From the NCBI RefSeq assembly GCF_009914755.1, contig NC_060945.1: a stretch of 64,000 nucleotides of DNA. One strand, 5' to 3'. The stretch comes from the human T2T-CHM13v2.0 reference genome, Homo sapiens. The position numbers and the translations under genes were made by a program. The notes under the pieces are model-generated. The model made no database searches. It saw only the letters and a list, made by a program, of their open reading frames with translations, and was not told the origin of the DNA. This document shows positions 43,373-59,752 of the stretch, piece after piece. The stretch's first letter is position 1, and every line of letters starts with the position of its first letter.

Positions 43373-44130
43373 GGCTTTGCAGACGCCGCCGCCGAGGAAA
43401 ACCGTGTACTATTAGCCATGGTCAACCCCACCGTGTTCTTCGACATTGCCGTCGACGGCGAGCCCTTGGGCCGCGTCTCCTTTGAGCTATTTGCAGACAA
43501 GGTCCCAAAGACAGCAGAAAATTTTCGTGCTCTGAGCACTGGAGAGAAAGGATTTGGTTATAAGGGTTCCTGCTTTCACAGAATTATTCCAGGGTTTATG
43601 TGTCAGGGTGGTGAATTCACACGCCATAATGGCACTGGTGGCAAGTCCATCTATGGGGAGAAATTTGAAGATGAGAACTTCATCCTAAAGCACACAGGTC
43701 CTGGCATCTTATCCATGGCAAATGCTGGACCCAACACAAATGGATCCCAGTTTTTCATCTGCACTGCCAAGACTGAGTGGTTGGATGGCAAGCATGTGGT
43801 GTTTGGCAAAGTGAAAAAAGGCATGAATATTGTGGAGGCCATGGAGCGCTTTGGGTCCAGGAATGGCAAGACCAGCAAGAAGATCACCATTGCTGACTGT
43901 GGACAACTCGAATAAGTTTGACTTGTGTTTTATCTTAACCACCAGGTCATTCCTTCTGTAGCTCAGGAGAGCACCCCTCCACCCCATTTGCTCGCAGTAT
44001 CCTAGAATCTTTGTGCTCTCGCTGCAGTTCCCTTTGGGTTCCATGTTTTCCTTGTTCCCTCCCATGCCTAGCTGGATTGCAGAGTTAAGTTTATGATTAT
44101 GAAATAAAAACTAAATAACAAACAAAAAAA
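43373..44130 (+). pseudogene. PPIA: Full-length processed retrocopy of PPIA (cyclophilin A) mRNA; possibly human PPIAP22 (unverified)
   Basis: Intronless; PPIA 5'UTR, CDS and proximal 3'UTR; AATAAA at 44103-44108; short A tail; perfect 15-bp TSD aagaagcaattactt at 43358-43372 and 44131-44145; TT/AAGA site. The symbol names the parent gene, not this locus. Confidence 0.96.
43418..43915 (+). CDS. PPIA: Intact 165-aa cyclophilin A ORF of the retrocopy (D66E, E134K versus human CypA)
   Basis: ATG 43418 (gccATGg) to TAA 43915; R55, F60, Q63, F113, W121 and H126 retained. The ORF is certain; expression is unknown. Confidence 0.6.
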   Translation: MVNPTVFFDIAVDGEPLGRVSFELFADKVPKTAENFRALSTGEKGFGYKGSCFHRIIPGFMCQGGEFTRHNGTGGKSIYGEKFEDENFILKHTGPGILSMANAGPNTNGSQFFICTAKTEWLDGKHVVFGKVKKGMNIVEAMERFGSRNGKTSKKITIADCGQLE

Positions 44131-44479
44131 AAGAAGCAATTACTTAGAAAATGTTGCTGAAAAGAGAGCATACAAAGTAGACTAAGAGAAGGACTTGTTG
44201 GGCAATTTTAAGACCCCATAATTAGTGAGATTTGAGTCTCCAATACGTTTTGTTAGATTTTCTTCATCAGAAGGCTGTAGCCCACATAAAGATTTTTTTT
44301 TAAAAAGGAATATAATTCACCAATAAGGTTTTGATTTAACCTCAGAATTCTCTGTGATTTCCCCCCATAAATTACTATTGTGAATTCTGTTTTAAAGTAA
44401 TATTTAATTATCACATACAAAGCTGACCTTAACATTATTTGCTAAAATATAATTTCTAGAATTACCTTCATATCACATA

Positions 44480-44838
44480 TGTGATGGTTAATTTTACATG
44501 TCAACTTGGCTGGATCACAGTGTGTAGATATGCGATCAGATATTATTCTGGATATTTTGCGCGGATGTTTTTGATGAGATTAGCATCTAAGTTGGTAGAC
44601 TTTGAGTAAAGAAGATTGCCCTCCATAATGCATGTGGGGCCTCACCCAATCAATTGAAGGTCTGCATAGAAAACAAGGCTAACCCACGTTGAACAAGAAG
44701 TAGTTCTGCCAGGAGACAGCTTTCAGATGTGAATGGTAACATGGGCTCTTCCCAGAAACTCCAGCCTGTCAGCCTATCCTGCAGATTTTAGACTTGCCAA
44801 CCTCCACAACTGCATGAACCATTTCCTTAAGATACGTT

Positions 44839-44869
<31 letters not shown>

Positions 44870-44909
44870 CCCATTGATTCTGTTTCTCTGGAGAACTCCA
44901 GGTAACATA
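44480..44909 (+). mobile_element. MLT2 (ERVL) solo LTR with internal (TA)n
   Basis: 'tgtgatggttaattttacatgtcaacttggctgg...ttctgtttctctggagaac'. Confidence 0.85.
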
Positions 44910-45015
44910 AAATATTTACAATTTGCTTACACATCTGTTTCTTCATTTTTGGATTTATTTCACTTGCTTCATTTTGCTAATTTTTCTTTTGTGTGTGGAA
45001 GAATATAAATTTCCT

Positions 45016-45133
45016 TGAGAGGCTGAGGTGGAAGAATTGTTTGAGCCCAGGAGTTTGAGATTATATTGAGCTGTGATCATGCTACTGCACTCCAGCCCGG
45101 GCAAGAGAGCCACAGCCTGTCTCTTAAACAAAA
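45016..45133 (+). mobile_element. 5'-truncated AluJ/FRAM right-arm fragment
   Basis: 'ttgagcccaggagtttgag...gagctgtgatcatgctactgcactccagcc'. Confidence 0.8.
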
Positions 45134-46675
45134 GTGAATTTCCATTTAGAAACATTTTACTAATTAGTGAAAGAAATGTTAATTGTCTATTATTCTCCTT
45201 AATATTATCCTTAAGCAGAAGATCTCCACCAAATTGCTGTAACATTTTTAAAGTGTTGTTTTCATTCAAGACAGAAAATCTTTCCAGATTTCTCTGTGTT
45301 TTCTTTACGTTATTTAAAAATGCTCAATTTTATAATTTATTTCAAATTATATTCAACAAAATTTAGCTCCTACTTTTAAAGACCAAATAGGTCAACAGTG
45401 TTGATTTTGCAGTATTCTTTGAATGAATTACTAAAATATTTAGCATATGCCAAAGACATCTGGCAAAGAGATTGTATAAAAATAAATGTTCAGAGACGGA
45501 AACCAATGTTATAAAACTGGGCCATTCACTGGGCATGTATAAGCATAAGCACATTTTCATATATTTTCTGTTTCCATAATTTTATGAAAGTAATTAATAA
45601 TTTCTCCAGTAACAACTAATAATGAGCAATGGTACAGAGACCAATGAATTATTGATAAGAAAAATAATTTATGAGAATGCATTTCCTATTTTGTCTACTT
45701 AATTTTGCTTTGAAAATTCTCAATCTTATAGAAGCATACAAAATTCAGCAGAATAATTTATTTCAGTCACAAAATTTCTCAAAATTAATTTAAAAAATAA
45801 ATGTGTCTGAGTTAAATTAATTTTCATCAGCATTAAACCTGATAAACAACATGGCATGTTTAATTTATGCTTTGATTTTTTATATAGCATCAAGTTTTTA
45901 GACCAAATAATCTGTTAATTATTGTAAATTATATAGCACTTTGCATATTACTCTTTTGTGTAAAATCATTCACAAGCTATTTTTTTGAAGTATTCAACTT
46001 TTTTCCATTAGACACCTTCCAAAAACAGCCATTTTTATATGGCCTCTTAAGTTTTCCCATTATTCATTATTTAATTAGCTTCTTCTTTTTACTTTGAATC
46101 TATTCATTAATTTATGATTCATAAGTTTGAAGGCAGAAATATTGTTCCACTTATCTTTTGTCCTGGTTTCTAACGATTAAAAATTTGTCCTTATTCATAG
46201 TAGTCATAGCCTTACAACAACTTAAGGCCTAAGTTATTATTACCTTAATTTAAAGATACAACTTTATTGTTTAAATCATAAAACATTCTTATAAATGCAT
46301 GTGGGGTATATTTTCCCCAGGTTTTCTCAAGAAGTAGATAATACTTTGTTAGCAACATTGGTATACGAATATTGACATCCACTAACTTACCAAGAGAACT
46401 TGAACCTCTACTTAGAAAAGATTATTTCCAAACAATTTGATAGTATTTCTCTAATCTGGTTTACTTTATCTTTCTTCTACTTCTGCCATCTTCATGAGGA
46501 CATTAGCATTATTGTTCCCTCAGCTATTAAAAAAAGTAAAATTTTAAATTAACAATCAAAAGAAATATGCCATTTGTGGGAAAAACTATTTATTTCTATT
46601 CTTGTCACATAACACTTTAAAAAACACAATGGTTTCAAATCATGAAACCACCTGGTATCTCTTGCACGTAGCTCA

Positions 46676-46966
<291 letters not shown>

Positions 46967-47699
46967 TTAAAGATATTCGTTATTATATTAGAGAGTAAAA
47001 ATGTAAAGCATTGAAATCCATTTTAAAGAAATATTAAGGGCTTTTATCTACAAAATAACTTGTATTATTTTCTTTGAAATAAATTAAAATTAGCAGGACT
47101 TTTTATTAGCTTTTATTTACTTAAAAGTTAGTGGGCACTTTTTAATTCAAACCACAATTTAAAACCAGCATCTAAAACAGATGAGGAGTTTGGGGAAAGT
47201 ATATTAATGTACCCTTCATTCCAATGAAAAGTATGTTTCCACAATTTATTTTACCTATTCTTTTCTTTTGTTAGTAGGCTCAAATATGTCAATAGATATA
47301 ATTAAAGTTTATATCACAGTAATAGCACTGCTATAGAGTCTTTGTATAGGAGAGTCAAAAGAGACACTTTGATGAGGATATGAAAGGGTTGAAAAAGCTC
47401 TAAATAGCTTTGTTTACAAAGGAACAGACTAAATAAAAAGGAGACATTAGCTTGTGAAGAACATGGTTGGAACCATTTGAAGTACATTATTTATTTAAGA
47501 GAAAAGAATAGTCTTTTAAAATTTATTTTTAACCCAGGTTAAGTGTCTTAAAAAAGAAAACAAAATAACTTCATCTGCTAAATAGGTGAAAATTTCCTGT
47601 AATATTATTTTTGGCATTCTAGAATTTTTTTCCACTTTCTACTGTATCACAACTTATTTTACTTTACAGTGATCAATTCCAATAGCATGCAATGTAAGG

Positions 47700-48630
47700 A
47701 CGATTATTTTTCTGTCTTAAAAAAGTCTTTTCTCTTACCTTGCTTTTCTCACCATGCATTTCTTGTTTGCTCCCCTTAGCAGCAAAACTTCTTGTAAAAT
47801 ACGCATTCTCTTCAATTATTTCATTCTCTCTTGAATCTGTTCAACTTGCTCTCACCTCCACCCGTACATGGTAACTGCTACACCTTCATTTTACTAAATT
47901 AGCTCTTCCTTTCCCTTCTCAGTTCCACATCAATATACATTCAGCAGCACTCACTCCACCCTGCTTGAATGAATTTCCTTCGCTTGGCTTGCAAGACTCC
48001 AACATGCTCTCTCAGCTTCCCTGCTGCCTTGCTGTTACTCTAGCTCTCTCTTACTGGTTCACCCTCTTCCTCCAATCTCTAAACATTCAGTAGTTAGCGG
48101 TAGGGCTAGCATTAAGGTTAGGGTTAGGATTCTGCCTTTGTGCTTTCTCTCTTCTAGGTAGCCTCATACACTTAATGATCCCATCCAGTTTTACAGCTTT
48201 ACATACAATCTCTGCCAACAATTCCCAAATATATACATCCAGTATGTCTCCCTTCTGAATTCCAGCCCCACGTGTGCCAGTTCAATATCCATGCTCTGAC
48301 GATTAGCAGGCATCTCAGAGAGAACCAATTAACCCATGAAAAATTAAACCATGATCTTCCATTCCCCTAAATCTGCTTTCCCCCTTGGTGATTTCATTGC
48401 TCAAGGCAGAAGTTCAGTCTTCTTTTCCTGCCATATGCCACATCACATTCCCCAGGAATTAAACCTTAAGCTCTTCCTTCAGAATACATTCCAAACTGGA
48501 CCAACTCTTACTCTATTCAGGTAGCATTTCTTACCTGGAAGACTTCAATAACCTTCAAAAAAGTCTTCATTTGTTTCCCTTCACCTCTTTCAGTCTATTC
48601 TTAACAATATGGAAAAATGATCCTTAAAAA
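47700..48630. mobile_element. L2 LINE relic, opposite orientation to 41340-43240
   Basis: Pyrimidine-rich; 'gatcccatccagttttacagctttacatacaatctctg...tcccaaatatatacatcc', 'ccttcagaatacattccaaa'. Confidence 0.6.
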
Positions 48631-50898
48631 ATAAAGATAAATAAGATAAACTGACTTGAAACCATAGTGTCAAGATAAAATTCCGATACAACAGAATAGA
48701 TATGATCTTACCCAGATCCTATGACTTTGAGAAGATGTCTGGATAAGATCTCCACACACTGAAAGCCATAACCATTTATTGGATTCTGTAGTCAGATATC
48801 AAAAGTGTTAGCATCAGCTTATATTTTTCAAAAAGCAGAAACATAAAAATTAGAGAGTTAATTTACATTAGCTGCAAAGGTAAACAATGCAAATTAAACT
48901 GTCTTCATTATAAGTTTATTATTTTTATTTTAATTGGTCACTTAGAAAACTGACCTGATGGAGCTAAAAGCATGTCTTTGGCCAGTTTCTCATTAAGTTC
49001 AAGTCTGTATGACATTCTGACCTTCCTTTTTCTTGACAAAGTTAGAATTCAAGGAAAATACTAGAAATTCTGCTTTCTGATTCAACCATGAAAAAATGTG
49101 TCTCAATTATTGTGCCAAACATCAGCACATAAACTTAAACAAATCTTTGACATATAGAATGTAACCTACACTATGACATCAGTATTGTGTTAAGAAATGA
49201 ACCCAGTTTTAAGAAAATATTGTATCATTATTATAGTGCTAACTAAACTTTAATAGACAAAAGTTGATATAAATTTAAAAACAAGATTCAATGTCTTGTT
49301 GACATTACATGAGAGAAGCAGTAAGCTTTAGAGCGAGGATAAGTTTGTAGTCAGAAGATCTGGAATTGTATACTAGTTTTCTACTCTAGGAGAAAGAAAA
49401 TATAATATGATATAACTTTTCTTATCTGTTTTACATAACTCATAGGATTGGGAGGAGCAATTTACCATTAATTTTGGAAAAATAATACAGTTGTAACAGT
49501 TTATTATGTAAGTGAATATTATATCTAAGCTTTCTTTAACTTTTGTTTTAGGCTTAGGGTACATGTGCAGTTTTGTAATATAGGTAGATTTATATTATGG
49601 GGGTTTGTTGTACAGATTATTTAGTTACCTAGGTACGAAGCCTAATACCCAATAGTAATTTTTTATGATCCTTTCCCTCTTCCCACCCTACACCCTCAAG
49701 TAGGCCCCAGTCGCTGTTTTTCCCCTCTTTGTGTCTATGTGTTCTCATCATTTAGCTCCCACTTATAAGGGAGAACATGCAGTATTTGATTTTCTGTTCC
49801 TGTGTTGGTTTGCTAAGGATAATGGCCTCCAGCTTTATCCTTGTTACTATAAACGACATGATCTCATTCTTTTTTATGTCTGCATAGTATTCCATGGATG
49901 TATATGTACCCCATTTTCTTTATGTAATCTGCCATTGATGGATATTTCATTTGATTCCACATCTTTGCTACTATAAATAGTGCTGCAATGAACATATGTG
50001 TGCATATATCTTCATAATAGAACAATTTATATTCCTGTGAGTGTATACCCAATAATGAGATTCCTGAGTCAAATGGTAATTCTGTTTTTAGCTCTTTGAG
50101 GAATCATCAAACTGCTTCTCACAATGGCTGAACTAATATACACTCCCACCAACAGTGTATAAAAATTCCCTTTCTGCACAACCTGTCCCACATCTGTTAA
50201 TTTTTTTACTTTTTAATAATAGCCATTCTGACTGGTATGAGATGGTATTTCACTGTAGTTTTGATTTGCATTTCTCTAATGATCAATGATGTTGAACTGT
50301 TTTTCATATTATTTTTGGCTACATGTATGTCTTTTTTTGAAAAATTGTCTGGTCATGTCTTTGCACACTTTTTAATTTTTTTTTGTAAATTTGTGTAAGT
50401 TCTTTATCGATGCTGGATATTAGACCTACGTCAGATCCATAGCTTGCAAATATTTTCTCCCATTCTGTAGGTTGCCTCTTTACTCTGTTGATAGTTTATT
50501 TTGCTGTGTAGAAGCTCTTTAGTTTAATTAGATCCTATTTGTCAATTTTTGCTTTTGTTGCAATTGCTTTTGGAGTCTTCATCATAAACTCTTTGTTCCT
50601 ATGTCCAAAATGATATTGCCTAGGTAGTCTTACAGGGTTTTCATAGTTTTGAGTTTTACATTTACATCTTTAATCCATTTTTAGTTGATTTATGCATATA
50701 GTGTAAGAAAGGGGTCCAGTTTCAATCCTCTGCATATGATTAGCCAGTTTTACCAGCACCATTTATTGCATAGGAAGTCTTTTCCCCATTGCCTATTTTT
50801 GTCAGCTTTATCAAAGCTGATTGTTATAGGTGTGCAGCCTTATGTCTGCCTTCTCTATTCTGTTCCATTGGTCTATATGTTTGTTTTAGTTCCAGTAC

Positions 50899-51274
50899 TC
50901 ATATGGCTTGGCTATGCCCCGCCCAAAATCTCATCTTGAATTGTCATCTCCATAATCCCCACGTATCAAGGATGGGACCAGTTGGAGATAATTGGATCAT
51001 GGGAGTGGTTTGCCCCATGCTCTTCTCGTGGTAGCGAGTGAGTCTTATAGAATCTGATGGTTTTTAAGGGTCTTGCATTTCCCCTGCTTGCACTCACTCT
51101 GTCCTGCTGCACTGTGAAGAAGGTGCCTGCTTCTCCTTTGCCTTCCTCCATAATTGCAAGTTTCCTGAGGCCTCCCAAGCAATGTGAAACTGTGAGTCAA
51201 TTGAAACTCTTTCCTTTACAAGTTACCCAGTCTTGGGTATTTTCTTCATAGCAGTGTGAGAATGGACTAATACA
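50899..51274 (+). mobile_element. THE1D-like solo LTR inside old L1 ORF2
   Basis: TSD agtac / agtag; homologous to the LTRs at 34677 and 36733. Confidence 0.9.
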
Positions 51275-51725
51275 AGTAGCATGCTGTTTTGGCTACTGTA
51301 GCCCTTTAGTATACTTTGAAGTCAGGTACTATGATGCATCCAGCTTTGTTCCTTTTACTTGGAATTGCCTTAGCTATTTGGGTTCTTTCATGGTTGCATA
51401 TCAATTTTAAAATATTTTTTTCTAGTACTGTGAAGAATGTCATTGGTAGTTTGATAGGAGTAGCACTGAATCTGTACATTGCTTTGAGCAAAATGGTTTA
51501 ATGATACTGATTTTTCCTATCCATGAGTATGGAACATTTTGCCGTTTTTGGTGTATCTCTGATTTCTTTGAACAGTGTTTGTAATTCTCATCATAGAGAT
51601 GTTTCACTTACCTGGTTAGCTATATTCCTAGGTATTTTATTCTTTTTATGGAATTTGTGAATGGGATTGCATTCCTGATTTGGTTCTTGGCTTGCCTGTT
51701 GTTGGTATATAGGAATGCTAGTATC

Positions 51726-52047
51726 TTTTTGTTTTTGTTTTTGTTTTTGTTTTTTGACAGAGTTTTGCTCTGTCACCCAGGCTGGAGTGCAGTGGCATGA
51801 TCTTGGCTCACTGCTATCTCTGCCTCAGGGTTCAAGTGACTTTCCTACCTCAGCCTCCCAAGTAGCTAAGATTACAGGCATGTGCTACTACAATCACACC
51901 CAGATATAAATATATATTAGTATTTTTACTAGAGATGGGATTTCACCATGTTGGCCAGGCTAATGTCGAACTCCTGGCCTAAAGTGATCCACCCACCTCG
52001 GCCTCCCAAATTGCTGGGATTACAGGCATGAGCCACCGTGCCCAGCC
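51726..52047 (-). mobile_element. AluS with (TTTTTG)n tail
   Basis: TSD core aatgctagt at 51714-51722 and 52049-52057. Confidence 0.9.
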
Positions 52048-54133
52048 TAATGCTAGTGATTTTTGTACTTTGATTTTGTATCCTGAAACTGCTGAAGTTA
52101 TTTAACAGCTGAAGGGGCTTTTGGGTTGAGACTATGTGGTTTTCTAGATACAGAATCATGTCATCTGCAAGCAGGGTTAGTTTGACTTCAACTTTTCTTA
52201 TTTGGTTGTTCCTTATTTCTTACTGTTGCCTGATAGTTCTGGCCAGGAATTCCAATACCATGTTGAATAGGAGTGGTGAGAGACAGTACCCTTGTCTTTT
52301 GCCAGTTGTTAAGGGGAATGCTTCCAGCTTTTGCCCATTCAGTATGATGTTGGCTGTGGATCTGTCATAGATGACTCTTAATATTTTGAGTTATGTTCCT
52401 TCAATACCTAGTTTATTGAGAGTATTTAATATGAATGAATAATGAATTTTATCAAAAGCCTTTTCTGCATCTATTGAGATAATCATGTGATTGTCTTTAG
52501 TTTTGTTTATGTGATGAATCACATTTATTGATTTTTATACGTTGAACCAAGCTTGCATCCTGGGGATGAAGCCTGCTTGATCATGGTGGACTAGCTTTTT
52601 AATGTGCTGCTGGATTTGGTTTACAAGTATTTTATTGAGGATTTTTGCGTGGATGCTCATCAAGGATGTTGGCCTGAAGTTTTCTTTTTTTCCTTTGTCT
52701 CTGCCAGATTTTAATATTATGACAACGCTGGCCTCATAGAATGAGTTGAGGAGGGTTCCTCCTCCTCAATATTTTAGAATAGTTTCAATAGAAATGGCAT
52801 CAACTTTTCTTAGTACATCTAGAAGAATTTGGCTGTGAATCTATCTGGTCTTGGGCTTTTTTTTTTTTTTTTTTTTTTTTGATGGTAGGCTGTTTATTAC
52901 TGGTTCAATGTCAGAGTTCATGATTGTTCTGTTCAGAGAATCAAGTGCTTTGTTGTTCAGCCTTGGGATAGCGTGTGTCTAGGAATTTATTCATCTGTCT
53001 TCTAGGTTTTCTAGTTTGTTTTCACAGAGGTATTCCTCTGTGGTCAGTGGTAACATCGCCTTTGTCATTTCTAATTATATTTATTTGGATCTTCTCTCAT
53101 TTCTTCTTTATTAGTCTAGCTAGTGGCCTATTTTAATTTTTTCAAAAAAAATCAACTGGATTCATTGAGCTTTTGAATGGCTTTTGTGTCTTAATCTTCT
53201 AGTTTGGCTCTTTTTTTTTTTCTTGTCTTCTGCTAGCTTTGGGATTGGTTTGCTCTTGATTCTCTACTTCTTCTAGTTGTGATGTTAGGTTGTTAATCTG
53301 AGATCTTTCTACATTTTTTATGTGGGGAATTAGTGCTATAAATTTCCCTCTTAACACTCACTGCCTTAGCTGTGTCCTTGGTATTCTGGTGTGTTGCATC
53401 TTTGTTCTCATGTACTTCCTGATTTCTTCATTTCATGCTTTACCAAAAAGTCATTCAGGAGCAGGTTGTTTAATTTCCATATAATTTCATGGTTTTGAGT
53501 GATGTTTTTTGTCTTGATTTCTATTTTTATTGTGCTGTGGTCCAAGAGTGAGTTATTTGCTGAGGGTTGTTTTATATCCAATTGTGTGGTCACTTTTAGA
53601 CTAGGTGTCATGTGGAGGTAAGAAGAATATATATTCCATTGTTTTGGGGTGGAGAGTTCTGTACGGGTCTATCAAATCCATTTGAGTTCAGGTCTTAAAT
53701 ATCTATATTAATTTTTTTCCTCAATGATATGTTTAATACTGTCAGCAGAGTGTTAATGCCCTTCACTATTATTGTGAGTGAGTGTAAGTTTCTTTGTAGG
53801 TTCTAAAAACTTGCTTTATGAATCTGAGTGCTCCTGTGTTGGATGCATTTATATTCAGAATAGTTAAGTCTTGTAGAATTTCAACAACCCTTTATGATTA
53901 TGTAATTCCCTTCTTTGTCCTTTTTAAATTTTTGTTTATTTAAAGGCTATTTTGTCTGAAATTAGCATTGCAACCCTTGCTTGTTTCTGATTTTCATTTA
54001 CTTATAGATTTTTCTCTATTCCTTTATTTTGAGCCCATGAATGTCATTATGTGTGAGATGGGTTTCTTGAAGACAGCTTACTATTGGGTCTTGTTATTTT
54101 ATCCAGCTTGCCACTCTGTCTTTTAAATGGGGG

Positions 54134-54637
54134 TATGTACAAACAACTCCACCAACTGGACAAACCTATAACTTGTTGACAGCTTTCTCTCTCTGGTTCT
54201 CAGATGAGGAATGATGATAAAACAAAACCAAAAGGCATCTTATTGAGGAAGGTCAGCTCCAGTGGATTTCTCTGAGACAACCCAAGTTAGATGGAGCTAG
54301 CGGGAAAAAATACAGTAATTCTTTAAACTATCATTCAAGCAAAACCTGTGACCTAAGTGTTCCTTTTAAAGTAGCTAGACTTGTTAGAGATTTTATTGAG
54401 TGGATATAAGCACTTTATACAGAAACTTTTTTTTAAAAAATGTACACCGTCTTTTCATAGAACAGAGGAACAGCTGTCACATCAGTTCCCGATGCCAAGC
54501 ACAGCAATATAAAGTATATACCCTACGAGTTAGATGAAGCAGAGGAAAGGGATCAAGAGATTAATATACCTCTTTGAGAAAAGCACCCAAAATAAATCAT
54601 TTTATTATTTTTTGCAAAAATAAATAAATAAATAAAT
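54134..54637 (+). other. Retrotransposed non-repeat sequence of unknown source (orphan 3' transduction or truncated processed copy)
   Basis: Interrupts old L1 at tttt/aaatggggg; TSD aaatggggg at 54125-54133 and 54638-54646; AATAAA at 54591-54596; A-rich tail (aaaaa + (TAAA)n) from 54616. Confidence 0.85.
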
Positions 54638-55187
54638 AAATGGGGGCATTTAGCCCATTTACATTCATGGTTAGTATTGACATGTGTAATTCTGATCTTG
54701 TCATTGTGTCATTAGCTGGATATTATGCCGGCTTGTTTGTATGGTTGCTTTATAGTGACACTGGTCTTTGTACTTCAGTGTGTTTTTGTATTGGCTGATA
54801 ATGGTCTTTCCTTTCCATATTGAAAACTCTTTTTAATATCTCTTCTAAGATGCATCTGGTGCTAATGACCTTACTCAGCATTTATTTATCTAAAAATGAT
54901 CTTATTTTTCCTTCACTGAATAAGTGTAGTTTGCCTGGATATGAAATTCTTGGTTGAGAATACATTTTTTTCTGTAAGAATGCTGAATATAGGCCCCCAA
55001 TTTTTTCTGGCTTGTAAGGTTTCTGCTGAAAGGTCTGCTGTTAGCCTAATGGGGTTCCCTTTGTAGGGGACCTACCCTTTCTTTCTAGCTGACTTTAACA
55101 TTTTTTTTCATTTCAGCTTTTAAAAATAAGAAGATTATGTGTCCTGGGAATGATCTTCTCATGTAGGATATTTCAGGGGTTTCCTGA

Positions 55188-55525
<338 letters not shown>

Positions 55526-55861
55526 TATTACAGGGGTTATCTGTATTTTCTGAATTTGACTGTTGAACTCTCTAGGGAAACTGGGGATATTTTCAGGGAA
55601 AATACCTTGAAATGTGTTTTCTTTTTTTTTTTAATTTTTAAATTTATTTTATTATTATTATACTTTACTTTTTAGGGTACATGTGCACAATGTGCAGGTT
55701 AGTTACATATGTATACATGTGCCATGCTGGTGCACTGCACCCACTAACTCGTCATCTAGCATTAGGTATATCTCCCAATGCCATCCCTCCCCGCTCCCCC
55801 CACCCCACAACAGTCCCCAGAGTGTGATGTTCCCCTTCCTGTGTCCATGTGTTCTCATTGT

Positions 55862-59704
<3,843 letters not shown>

Positions 59705-59752
59705 TTATTTTGCTCGTTAGTTGATGCACTTTCTTCGTAGTCTCGATGGTCT

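Noticed and set aside
43337-43417. 27-aa N-terminal extension of CypA in the ORF track (192 aa)
   Set aside because: It starts at GTG in flanking DNA and runs through the TSD and 5'UTR; the real start is ATG 43418. It is kept only as an open frame for a possible spliced fusion.
54211-54275. Possible C/D box snoRNA (ATGATGA ... CTGA, 65 nt) in the orphan insert
   Set aside because: No proper terminal stem outside the boxes and no recognisable C'/D' boxes or rRNA guide; a snoscan/Infernal search would settle it.
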